Shown here: piece after piece, positions 51,543-61,630 of the stretch
Layout: each line of letters begins with the position of its first letter
Position numbering within the stretch: position 1 is the stretch's first letter
Source of the DNA: an uncultured Actinomycetota bacterium
GTDB taxonomy: Bacteria; Actinomycetota; Actinomycetes; Propionibacteriales; Nocardioidaceae
Direction: 5' to 3'
Length of the DNA: 64,000 nt
NCBI GenBank assembly: GCA_963790295.1
Contig: CAWBOE010000009.1
Span: 15,810-79,809 of the forward strand
Position numbers and translations under genes: made by a program
The notes under the pieces: model-generated
Database searches by the model: none
What the model saw: the letters and a program-made list of their open reading frames with translations, nothing else
What the model was told of the DNA's origin: nothing

Positions 51543-53843
51543 GTGATCATCGAGCGCAACCTGGCGGCGTACCTCGTCTACGCCGAGGACCCGGTGCTGC
51601 GCGCCCTCGAGAAGATCACCGCCAACCAGGCGCGGATCATCTTCCTCGTCGACAGCCACGGCCACCTCGAGGGCTCGCTGTCCGACGGCGACTTCCGCCG
51701 CTGGGTCAGCCACGCCAGGCCCGCGTCGACCTCAACCGCGCCGCGCCGCGAGGCCGCGCAACACCGAGGTCCGCGTCGGCCTGCCGATCAGCACCACGCC
51801 CGGCCGAGATCGCGCACGCTCTTCGGCGCCGGGCATCGACCACGTGCCGCTGGTCGACGAGCGCGGCCACCTCGTCGCCGTCGCGATCAACCGCGACAAC
51901 GAGCTCCGGATCGGCCGCTACCAGGTCGACCGCGACAGCGCCGGCCTGGTGATCAGCGAGATCGGCATCAACCACCAGGGCTCGGTCGACTTCGCCAAGG
52001 AGCTCGTCGACCGGTCGGTCGAGGCCGGCGCCGACGTCGTGAAGTTCCAGCTGCGCGACATGGACGCGCTCTACCGCCAGGGCGTCGGCCGGCAGCGGCG
52101 GCGAGGACCTCGGCCCGCAGTACACCCTCGACCTGCTCGCGAAGTTCAACCTCGACGGCCGACCAGCTCTTCGAGGTCTTCGACCACTGCGCGCGACGTC
52201 GGCGTCGAGGTGATGTGCACGGCCTGGGACCCGCCCAGCGTCGACCGCCTCGCGGCGTACGGCATCCCGGCGCTTCAAGGTCGCCTCCGCCGACATGACC
52301 AACCACACGCTGCTGCGCGCACATGGCCGCGTACGGCGTCCCGATGGTGATCTCGACCGGCATGTCGACCGAGGCCGAGATCATGCGAGACCGTCGAGCT
52401 GGTGCGCGGCACCGGCGCGTCGTACGCCCTGCTGCACTGCCAGTCGACCTACCCGGCGCCGTTCAAGGACGTCAACCTCGCGCTACCTCGACGCGGCTGG
52501 CCGAGATCGGCCAGTGCCCCGTCGGCTACTCCGGCCACGAGCGCGGCTTCCACGTGCCCGCTCGCCGCCGTCGGCGCTCGGCGCCAAGATCATCGAGAAG
52601 CACTTCACCACCGACCGCACCCTCGAGGGCAACGACCACAAGGTCAGCCTGCTGCCCGGCGAGTTCAAGGAGATGGTCGCAGCGCATCCGCGAGGTCGAG
52701 GAGGCGCTCGGCACCGCCGCCCCGCGCGGGGTCTCCACCGGCGAGATGATGAACCGCGTCAACCTCGCCAAGTCGCCTGGTCGCCGCCCGCCGCATCGAG
52801 GTCGGCGACACCATCGACCGCCGACGCCGTCGACATCAAGAGCCCCGGCCGCGGCCTCCAGCCCAACGCCCTCGACCGGCTCGTCGGGCCGCACCGCCGC
52901 CGCGCGCCTTCGAGCCCGGCGACTTCTTCTACGCCAGCGACCTCGGCGACGCCGCGCCGCAGCGGCCGCGCAGTACGACTTCAAGCGCCCGTGGGGCCTG
53001 CCGGTCCGCTACCACGACATCGACGCGATGACGCGCGACTGCACTGCCCGACTTCCTCGAGTTCCACTTCTCCTACAAGGACCTCGAGATCGACCCCGCC
53101 GACGGTCTTCGCGAAGTACGACGGCCGGCTGCCGACACGGCGTTCGCCTGCCACTCCCCCGACCTGTTCGCCGGCGACTTCATGCTCAACCTCGCCAGCG
53201 AGGACGACGCCCACTGGGAGCGCTCGATCGCGCGAGCTCCAGCGGGTCATCGACGCTGACCCGCGTCGCTCAAGGCGCTACTTCCGCAGGCGACGCGCCG
53301 CGACCCGGTCGTGATCGCCAGCCTGGGCGGCTTCACCAAGGACGCCCACGTCGCCCGACCACGAGCTCGGCGACATGTACGCCCGGGTCGCCGCCGGGCC
53401 TCGACCGCATCGACGACACCGGCGTCCGGCTGTGCGCCCAGACGCTGCCGCCGTTCCCCTGGTACATGGGCGGCCAGCTCGTTCTGCAACCTGTTCGTCG
53501 GCGCCGCCGACACCGCGCGCCTGGGCCGAGCAGCTACGGCCGGCGGCTGTGCCTCGACGTCTCCCACTCCAAGCTGGCCGCCAACTTCAAGGGCCAGGCC
53601 GTTCTCCGAGGCCATCGACCTGCTCGCCCCGCACGCCGACCACCTCCACCTCGTCGACGCCACCGGGTGTCGACGGCGAGGGCGTCCAGGTCGGCGACGG
53701 CGAGGTCGACTGGGCGCTGCTGGCCCGACAGCTCGACGAGCATCGCGCCCGGCGCCGGCTTCATCCCCGAGATCTGGCAGGGCCACGTCAACGACGGCGA
53801 GGGGTTCTGGATCGCCCTCGAGCGGCTGGAGCAGTGGTTCTGA
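51543..53843 (+). CDS. neuB: Multidomain ulosonate synthase: CBS pair, NeuB, SAF and C-terminal AP-endonuclease-2/xylose-isomerase-like barrel (heavily indel-damaged)
   Basis: GSLSDGDFRRW (CBS); ISEIGINHQGS, KFQLR, GYSGHE and IEKHFTTDR..GNDHKVSL; CLDVSHSKL, HLVDA and FIPEIWQGH. Confidence 0.82.
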
Positions 53844-54926
53844 GACGACCGGCACCGCGGCACCCGGCCGACCGCCCTGTGGGTCGATCCCCGTCAGCGA
53901 CCTGGGCGGGGTGGCCCGCCACGTCGCTCGACGTCGTCCGGGCCGGCCTGCCCGGCTGGCGGCTCGGTCGTGCTGTGCCCGCCCGGACGCCTGGTCGCCG
54001 AGGTGCGCGCGGCCGGCGGCGCGGTGGTCGCGGCGCCGTTCGGCCCGGAGCACGGGCTGCGCGCCAGCGTGCGCTCGCTGCGCCGCACGCGTCGAGCGAG
54101 CTGCGCCCGCGCGTGGTGCACACCCACCTCTCGTACGCCGACATCGTCGGCCGCCCTCGCCACGCCGCGACGCGTCGCGCTGGTCACCACCGAGCACGGC
54201 ATCGCCGCCGACGACAGCGTCTACCACGGTCGGCGCGCGCGAAGTCGGCGGTGATGGCGCCGGGCCCACCGAGCCCGGCTGCGCCGCTTCGACGCGGTCA
54301 TCGCGGTCTCCGAGGCGACCCGCCGCGCGATGGCCGACAAGTGGCACCCGCGCCAGCGAGGTCCGCGTGATCCCCAACGGCGTCGACCCGCGTCCCGGCG
54401 CCGCCGCGCCACGCAGGCCGGGCTGCGGGTCCTGTCGCTCGCCCGGCTGGCCCCCGAGAAGCGGCTGGCCGACCTCGTCGACGCGCTTCGCCCTGGTCGC
54501 CCGCGACCACGCCGACGCGACGCTCACCCTGGCCGGCGTCGGCGAGCTCGAGGCCGACCTGCGCCGCCAGGTGACGCGCGCTCGGCCTCGACGACCGGGT
54601 CGCGCTGCCCGGCTACGTCGACGCCGGCCGGCGCGCTGGCCGAGGCCGACGTGCTGGCGATGCTGTCGGTCTGGGAGAACTGCCCGTACGCCGTCCTCGA
54701 CGGTCTCGTCGCACGGCACCGGCGTCGTGGCCGCGCCCGTCGGCGGGATGCCCGAGATGCTGCCCGACCACTGCCTCGTCGACCCGGCCGACCACGATGC
54801 CGTGGCCGCCGCACTCGTCGAGCAGGGGCGAGCCTCGACGCCCGGCCCAAGGTGCCGGCAGGCTGGCCGACCGTCGCCGACATGACGGCCGCGATCGGCG
54901 AGGTCTACGCGGAGGCCCTGCGGTGA
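53834..54926 (+). CDS. GT4 glycosyltransferase (many indels)
   Basis: GGVARH, VHTHLSYAD, TTEHG, IAVSE, IPNGVD, RLAPEK and WENCPY. Confidence 0.75.
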
Positions 54927-56130
54927 GCGCGGGCACGTTCTCGAGCCGCTCGGGCACCTGGGACGCGTTTCCGGTGCTCTCCGACGAGTCGCACCGTCGC
55001 GACAGCAACGACGGTCGGCTCATCGACTTCTTCGCTCTTCGCCACGTTCCCCATGGCGCACGCTCCAGTTCGGCGGCCTGCCAGGCTCCGAGCTCGCGGC
55101 CGGTCTCGCCGTCGGTCTGGCGCTGCCTCCGGAGACCGCGCGTGCGGTCGAGCCCGTGGCTGACCTGGACGCTCCTGTCACTGCTCGCGCTGATGCTCCT
55201 GTCGGCGCAGCTGAACGCCGCCAACATCGACCCCCAGCCGCCGGGTTCTCCACCTCGTGCTCTACGTCGCGTTGGCCCTGATGGCGGCGCAGGGCCGCTT
55301 TCACACCCGATCCATGGCCAAGGGGCTGGCCGTCGGGCTGCTGGTCTCCGCCGCGGCGTACTACGCGGGCTACGGCACCGGCTACGAAGGCCGGCTGGCC
55401 GGCCTGATGGCCGACCCCAACGCGGCTGGCTTCATGCTCACCACGCTGGGCTGCCTCGCGCTCGCCGGCCTGCCAGGCAGCCGGTTCCGCGTACCTCTGG
55501 GCCTGATCCTGGTGGTCCTCGTGGTCCTGACCTTCTCCCGCACCTCGTTCCTGGCGGTCGCGCTGATCGTGGTGTGGGTGGTCATCGGGCGGTTCCTCGC
55601 AGCCTCGTTGGGGACGCTGCTCCTGGTCGGCATGATCTGGGTGGTCACCAACATCCCGGTCACGCTGCGCACCCTCGGCCCGTTCAGCGACCGCAGCGGC
55701 AGCGACGCACTCCGCACGCGCATCGCCAGGCTCGAGGAGCTGCAGATCGACCAGGCCCCCTGGTACGGCCACGGCCCCGGCACCAGCTACGTCGACGTGC
55801 TGGGCGGTCGGTTCTTCTTCCACAACAGCTACCTGTCGATCCTCAACGAGGGTGGCCAGGTCAGCCTGGTCCTGATCGTCGCGGCGGGCGTCTTCACCCT
55901 GTTCGCGCTCCTGCGACTGCGCACCGGACCTTCGCAACCCCTGGTACGAAGCGGGCATCATCGCCGTCTCCATGTGCGCGGTGAACCTCGGCGAGGTGCT
56001 GCTGGAGCTGCCGGCCGCCCTGGCGCTCGGCATGGCCGCGGCCTACGTGCAGACCCAGCGCGGCTCCCCGGCCGTCGGCGCGGACGACACCGTGTGGGCC
56101 CCCGACCTCGATACCGTGAGGCTGAGATGA
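54923..56130 (+). CDS. Wzy/O-antigen ligase-like polymerase (indels)
   Basis: Multiple TMs; RLAGLMADPNAAG, LTFSRTS, GHGPG and HNSYL. Confidence 0.78.
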
Positions 56131-57197
56131 CGCGGGTCTACGTCGCCGCCAACCGCGGTGACATCGGTGGCGGCGAGGTGATGCTGCTGCGGCTCGCGAG
56201 CGCCCTCTCCGACCTCGGCTACGACGTCACCGCGGTCGTCCCGTCGACCCCCGGCCACCTGGGGGCCGAGGCACGCGCGGCCGGACTGGACGTCCACGTC
56301 GTGCCCTGCCAGGGCCGGCGGTCGTACGCCCGGGCCCTGCGCCGCTGGGACCGCAGCCGCGACGGCGTGCTGTGGTGCAACGGACTGCTCCCCGCGCTCG
56401 CCACGGCCGGACGGGCGCGCCGGATCGTGCACCTGCACCAGCTGCCAATCGGGCTGAACAGGCGCCTGGCCCGGATCGCGCGCATCGGCGCCGCCACCAC
56501 CGTCGTACCGTCCCGCTACCTTGCCGACCGCCTCGCCCCCGCCGAGGTGCTCCCCAACTGGACCGACTGGTGGGCCGCAGACTCGCCCAGGCCGGCCCCC
56601 GGCGACCAGGTCTCGGTCGGGTTCATCGGCAGGGTCGGGCTGGAGAAGGGCGTGCACGTGCTGGCCGCCGCGTGCGGCCTGCTGGACCCCGGGCTGCGGG
56701 CGAGGGTGCGGCTCGTGATCGCGGGCGACGACCGGTTCGTGCCCTCGGCCGACCGCGAGAAGGTCCAGGCGGCCTTTGCCTCCTCGGGAGCGCGCGTGGA
56801 GCAGACCGGCTGGGTGTCGCCGGTGGAGTTCTTCGCCCGCGTGCACGTCGCGGTGGTGCCCTCGGTCCAGGCGGAGTCCTTCGGGCTGGTCGCCGCGGAG
56901 GCGATGGCGTCGCGGTGCCCGGTCGTGGTCACCGACGCGGGCGCGCTGGCCGAGGTGGTCGGCCCTGACCACCCGTGGGTGGTGCCCCCCGGCGACGCCG
57001 CCGCGCTCGCCCGCACGCTCGCCGACGCGATCCGGGCGCTGCCTGCCGCCGACGTGACCGCGGCGGGGCGCCGGCGGTGGGAGGCCGAGTACTCACCCGA
57101 CGCCGGCCGCACGCACCTGCACGCCCTGGTGGGCCGGCTGGTCGGCCTCGGCGTCCTCGACGGGCCGCCCCGGCTCCGCGGCGAGGCGCCGCGGTGA
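56127..57197 (+). CDS. GT4 glycosyltransferase
   Basis: IGGGEVML, GRVGLEKG and ESFGLVAAEAMA. Confidence 0.88.
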   Translation: MTRVYVAANRGDIGGGEVMLLRLASALSDLGYDVTAVVPSTPGHLGAEARAAGLDVHVVPCQGRRSYARALRRWDRSRDGVLWCNGLLPALATAGRARRIVHLHQLPIGLNRRLARIARIGAATTVVPSRYLADRLAPAEVLPNWTDWWAADSPRPAPGDQVSVGFIGRVGLEKGVHVLAAACGLLDPGLRARVRLVIAGDDRFVPSADREKVQAAFASSGARVEQTGWVSPVEFFARVHVAVVPSVQAESFGLVAAEAMASRCPVVVTDAGALAEVVGPDHPWVVPPGDAAALARTLADAIRALPAADVTAAGRRRWEAEYSPDAGRTHLHALVGRLVGLGVLDGPPRLRGEAPR

Positions 57198-58324
57198 GCC
57201 GCCCCCGCGTCGCGATCGCTCACGACTACCTCACCCAGCGCGGCGGAGCCGAACGCGTCGTGCTCGCCCTGCTGCGCACCTTCCCCGGCGCGGAGGTGCA
57301 CACCTTGCTGTACGACGCCGACGGCACGTTCCCGGAGTTCCGCGACGTCCGCGTGGTGACCTCGCCGCTCAACCGGATCGCGGCGCTGCGCCGCCACCAC
57401 CGCGCCGCTCTGCCGGTCCTGGCCCGCGCCGCCTCGCGGATGACCGTCGACGCCGACGTCACGGTGATCTCCACCAGCGGCTGGGCCCACGGCTTCGACG
57501 TGCGCGGGCGCAGCGTCGTCTACTGCCACAACCCCGCGCGGTGGCTCTACCAGGGCGATGACTACCTCGGCGGCCGCTCCCACTCCCTGCCCGGACTCGC
57601 GCTCGGTGCCCTCGCGCCGCGCCTTCGCCGCTGGGACCGCGCCGCGATGCTGCGCCACGACGCCTACCTGGCCAACGCGACGGTCGTGCGCGAGCGGGTC
57701 CGCGCGGCCTACGGGATCGATGCCGAGGTGGTCTTCCCGCCCACCGTGGTGCACCCCGAGGGCGACGAGGCGCCCGTCGGCCCGTTCGCGCCGGGCTACC
57801 ACCTGGTCGTGTCGCGGCTGCTGCCCTACAAGAACGTCGACAAGGCCGTCGACGCCTTCCGGCGGCTGCCCGCCGAGCGGTTGCTGGTGATCGGGCGCGG
57901 GCCGGAGGACGAACGGCTGCGGGCCACGCTGCCTACCAACGTCGCGATCGTCTCCGGGGTCAGCGACGCCCAGCTGCGCTGGGCCTACCGCCACACCGTC
58001 GCGCTCGTGGCGCCGAGCATCGAGGACTTCGGGCTCACCCCGCTGGAGGCCGGTGCCTTCGCCAAGCCGACCCTCGCGCTGCGAGGCGGCGGGTACCTCG
58101 ACACGGTGGCCGAGGGCGTCACCGGGTTGTTCTTCGACCGTCCGGACGCCGAGAGCATCGCGGCCGCGGTCGTGGCCGGACGTCGTACGCCGTGGGACCA
58201 GGACGCGATCTTGCGTCACGGCCGCCGGTTCGAGGAGGGCACCTTCCGGGCGGCCGTGCTGGCCGCCGTCGAGGGCGTCCTCGCGGGCGGCCCTAGCGTC
58301 CGGCCAGCCAGATCCGCAGGCTGA
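57194..58324 (+). CDS. GT4 glycosyltransferase (mannosyltransferase-like)
   Basis: AHDYLTQRGGAERV, YCHNPARWLY, SRLLPYKN and EDFGLTPLEA. Confidence 0.88.
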   Translation: MSRPRVAIAHDYLTQRGGAERVVLALLRTFPGAEVHTLLYDADGTFPEFRDVRVVTSPLNRIAALRRHHRAALPVLARAASRMTVDADVTVISTSGWAHGFDVRGRSVVYCHNPARWLYQGDDYLGGRSHSLPGLALGALAPRLRRWDRAAMLRHDAYLANATVVRERVRAAYGIDAEVVFPPTVVHPEGDEAPVGPFAPGYHLVVSRLLPYKNVDKAVDAFRRLPAERLLVIGRGPEDERLRATLPTNVAIVSGVSDAQLRWAYRHTVALVAPSIEDFGLTPLEAGAFAKPTLALRGGGYLDTVAEGVTGLFFDRPDAESIAAAVVAGRRTPWDQDAILRHGRRFEEGTFRAAVLAAVEGVLAGGPSVRPARSAG

Positions 58325-58336
58325 TCCCGCGGCTCG

Positions 58337-59299
58337 TCAGGAGGCGGCGGCCGTTGACCCCTCGACCACCGAGGGCTCGCCCACGGTGTCGAAGCTCTCG
58401 CCGTCGTCTTCACTCACCAGCAGGTCGTTGCCGAGCTGGACGACGAGCACCCCGTCGGCCGAGGCAATGGCCAGCGGCGCCCTGTCGTCGCCGAAGCACT
58501 CCAGCTCGTCGACGGACTGGTCCTCGGGCGAGCTGAGGCCGACCGACGCCGCGCAGTCGGGGGTCGCGCCCAGCACGAAGTAGCGCTCGTCGTCCGGCCC
58601 CGCGGTCACGCTGAGCTGCTTGTAGTCGTTGGCCGTCAGGGTGCGGCCCGGCTCCCCCGGGGCGAGCGTGAAGTAGTTCAAGCGCTCGCAGCTGGCGATC
58701 GCCCGCGTGGGCAGGAGGTTCACGATCTGCACGGCCACGCAGGGAGTCCCGATCTCCGCTCCCCGCGGACCGGTGACCCTGCTCGCCGTGGTGTCACCGG
58801 CCAGGCGCCAGATCGTCACGGCGTCGTCGTTGGCCTGCCAGGTGGCGCCGCCGTCGGTGGAGTCGAACGTGACCGGCTCGCACTTCTCCTCGACGAGCTC
58901 CAGCCCGGACACCCGGAACCTGCCGTCGGCGTAGACCATCAGACCGAGCACCTCGCGCAGCCCGGGCGGCGGCTCGACGGCCGTCAGCGCGACACCGTCG
59001 TCGACGTTCCCTGCCCAGAGTCGCGTCGGGTTGTCGAACCGCTCCTCGCACGCACCGCGCGTGGCCCGCAGCACGTCGCCCGCCTTGTTGACGCCCAGCA
59101 GGATCGGCCCGACGACGCTGTCGTCGTCCGCCGGCGGTCCCGTGGGCGCCGCCGTCGGTGTCTGGCTGACCTCGAAACCCACGGACGATCGCTGCATCGG
59201 GGGGAGGTTGCCCGTGTGGGCGCGATAGCCGACGGCCACGACCGCGACGTCGACGACGGCCAGCGCCGCCAGCGCGGCGAGGGTCCTGCCGCGCATCAC
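58337..59299 (-). CDS. Exported, membrane-anchored hypothetical protein with Asp-box-like motifs
   Basis: N-terminal TM; STDGGATW and SEDDGESF; multiple Cys; overlaps the wzc stop. Confidence 0.7.
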   Translation of the reverse strand: MMRGRTLAALAALAVVDVAVVAVGYRAHTGNLPPMQRSSVGFEVSQTPTAAPTGPPADDDSVVGPILLGVNKAGDVLRATRGACEERFDNPTRLWAGNVDDGVALTAVEPPPGLREVLGLMVYADGRFRVSGLELVEEKCEPVTFDSTDGGATWQANDDAVTIWRLAGDTTASRVTGPRGAEIGTPCVAVQIVNLLPTRAIASCERLNYFTLAPGEPGRTLTANDYKQLSVTAGPDDERYFVLGATPDCAASVGLSSPEDQSVDELECFGDDRAPLAIASADGVLVVQLGNDLLVSEDDGESFDTVGEPSVVEGSTAAAS

Positions 59300-60735
59300 T
59301 TTGCCCGGGCGCCGGTCTTGGCCAGGCTCGGCTTCTTGCGGGCGCCTGGCCGGTGGGACGGCGGGTTGTCACCGTAGCTGGAGGTGTAGCTGCCGTAGCC
59401 GTAGCCGTAGACGACGGCGCCCAGGCCGCTGAGCGGCGCGCGGTTGAGGACGACACCGAGCATCCGGCCGCCGGTCTGCCCGAGGCGACGCTTGGCCAGT
59501 CTGGCCTGCTCCTTGTAGGTCTGGCCGATCGCGAAGACGACGATGGCACCGTCGGCGATCCCCGCGAGCAGCGCGGCGTCGGTGACGGGCAGCAGCGGCG
59601 GCGCGTCGAGCACGACCAGGTGCTCGCGCGAGAGCTCCTGGAGCAGCAGCTGCATGCGGTGCGAGCCCAGCAGCTCGCTGGGGTTGTGCGGCACGCGGCC
59701 GGCGGACATCACCTTGAGGTGCTGGATGCCGGACTCCTGGAGCGCCTCGTCGGCGGTGACGTCGCCGACGAGCACCTGGGCCAGGCCGATCTGCGAGTCG
59801 ACGCCGTAGACGCCGGCGACGACCGGCCGCCGGAGGTCGGCGTCGACGAGGACGGTCTCCTGGCCGGCGTTGGCGAGGACCCGCGCGAGGTTGGCCGCGA
59901 CCGTCGACTTGCCCTCGCCCTCGTTGGCGCTGGTGATCACCACGGAACGGATCGGGTTGTCGACGTCGACGAAGCGGAAGTTGGTGCGCAGCTGCCGGAA
60001 GGCCTCCGCCGCCGGCCCGCGGTTGGACGCCTCGAGGCCCTCGGTCTGGCGGCGGTCGAGGTCCTTGACGTCCGGCACGATCGCGAGCACCGGGGTCTCG
60101 ATGAGCTCCTCCACCTCGTCGACCGAGCGCAGCTTGCGGTCGAGGTTCAGCCGGATGAAGGCGGCGAGGTAGCCGAGCAGGATGCCCGCGATCCCACCGA
60201 ACAGCAGGTTGCGGACGTAGTTGGGCGTGTACGGCGCCGCTGGCACGGTGGCGTCGTAGACCGGCGTCAGGCGCACCAGGCTCTCGAGGCTCGTGCCCTG
60301 CGGCAGCGACTTGTCCTCGTTGGCCTTGGCGACCTCGGCCGTCGCCTCGACGCCCGCCTGCGACAGTGCCGCCGCGGCTTGGGGCGTGGCGGCGTAGCCG
60401 GTGACGACGACCGACGAGGTGATCGAGTCGGCGCGGCCGCTGATGCTGACCAGGCCCAGCGGGATGTCGAGCTTCTCGGCCACCAGGCTGCGAACGGGCT
60501 GCGAGCCGACGTAGGCGGCGTAGGTGTCTGCCTTCTTCTGCGACAGGCCCAGCGAGGCGCTGAGCTGTCCGATGTCCGTGGAGTCGCCGACGTACACCTG
60601 TCCGGTGGCCACGCTCGCGTAGGTCACGGGCCGGGTCAGGGTCCACAAGAACGCCGCGACCAGGCCGACCGAGGCGACCACGAAGATCAGTCTCCAGTTG
60701 GCCCGCGTCAGCCGGACGAAGTCGAGAAGTGTCAC
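59296..60735 (-). CDS. wzc: Polysaccharide co-polymerase / tyrosine autokinase (Wzc-like)
   Basis: Wzz-like N-terminus; AEAFRQLRTN, GEGKST, VDADLRRP and DAPP; Tyr-rich tail YGYGYGSY. Confidence 0.9.
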   Translation of the reverse strand: MTLLDFVRLTRANWRLIFVVASVGLVAAFLWTLTRPVTYASVATGQVYVGDSTDIGQLSASLGLSQKKADTYAAYVGSQPVRSLVAEKLDIPLGLVSISGRADSITSSVVVTGYAATPQAAAALSQAGVEATAEVAKANEDKSLPQGTSLESLVRLTPVYDATVPAAPYTPNYVRNLLFGGIAGILLGYLAAFIRLNLDRKLRSVDEVEELIETPVLAIVPDVKDLDRRQTEGLEASNRGPAAEAFRQLRTNFRFVDVDNPIRSVVITSANEGEGKSTVAANLARVLANAGQETVLVDADLRRPVVAGVYGVDSQIGLAQVLVGDVTADEALQESGIQHLKVMSAGRVPHNPSELLGSHRMQLLLQELSREHLVVLDAPPLLPVTDAALLAGIADGAIVVFAIGQTYKEQARLAKRRLGQTGGRMLGVVLNRAPLSGLGAVVYGYGYGSYTSSYGDNPPSHRPGARKKPSLAKTGARAK

Positions 60736-60742
60736 GCGATCC

Positions 60743-61630
60743 TCAGCTCGGGAGCCGCGCGAAGGCGCGCGGGTGTTCCCGAGAACCGTAACCGTTCCGG
60801 CAAGCCGACACGGTCACTTGACACTTTTCGAGCGCCAGGAAACGGCGCACTGCGGCGGCCAGCGCCCGGGCGTAGCGCTCCCGCCCCGGAGCGCTGGTCA
60901 TCGTCGCCGCGTCGCGCGGATGGCGCATGTTGCCCAGCTCGACCATCACCACCGGCACGTCGGAGAGGTTGAGCGTGCCGAGGTCGCGACGTACGTCCAG
61001 ACCGTCACCGCCGGCGACGTACGTCGCCCGGGTCAGACCGCGGTCCACCAGCGCAGCGCGGGTGGCCAGGGCGAGCCGGCGGGAGGACCGGTAGATGTCG
61101 TGGGTCCACGGGCGCCGGTCGGGTGGCGCGATGACGTGGAAGCCGTGAGCCCCCCGGGCGTAGGCGCCGTCGGCGTGGATGCTGATCTTGAGGTCGGCGG
61201 CCCGGCCGTCGTCGAGGCGGTTGCCGGCGCGGCCGCGCTCGTCCACGCACGGGCCCCAGCGGTCCGGACGGTTGCTGTGCCGCGTCATCCGGACCTCGGC
61301 ACCCAGCGCCCGCAGCCGCTCCCGGAGCCGCAGGGCGACGTGCCACGTGAGGCTGGCCTCGGGGTAGCCGCCGTTGGTGGCCGTGCCGGTGGTGTTGCAG
61401 GCCTTGCGGAAGCCGCCGGCCGGGACCAGGCGGCTGGTCCGGCGCGGGAAGTTGCGGTTGCCGAGCTGGTGACCGGGGTCGATCACCACCACCCGGCCGT
61501 CGAGGGTCGCGGGGCCGCGTCGCGCGTCGGTGTCGGGCGCCGCGGCTGCCGGGACCGGAGCAGCGGCGAGAGCCGAGGCCAGTGTCACCGCCACTGTCAC
61601 CGTCAGGGCCACCGCGAAGCGCCGGGTCAT
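60743..61630 (-). CDS. N-acetylmuramoyl-L-alanine amidase (Amidase_3, CwlM/Rv3717-like)
   Basis: Signal peptide; VVIDPGH, SIHAD and VELGNM. Confidence 0.88.
   Translation of the reverse strand: MTRRFAVALTVTVAVTLASALAAAPVPAAAAPDTDARRGPATLDGRVVVIDPGHQLGNRNFPRRTSRLVPAGGFRKACNTTGTATNGGYPEASLTWHVALRLRERLRALGAEVRMTRHSNRPDRWGPCVDERGRAGNRLDDGRAADLKISIHADGAYARGAHGFHVIAPPDRRPWTHDIYRSSRRLALATRAALVDRGLTRATYVAGGDGLDVRRDLGTLNLSDVPVVMVELGNMRHPRDAATMTSAPGRERYARALAAAVRRFLALEKCQVTVSACRNGYGSREHPRAFARLPS

Noticed and set aside
55257-57197. Apparent Wzy-GT4 fusion (646 aa)
   Set aside because: An indel near 55925 joins two genes; an ATGA overlap at 56127-56130 marks the real boundary.
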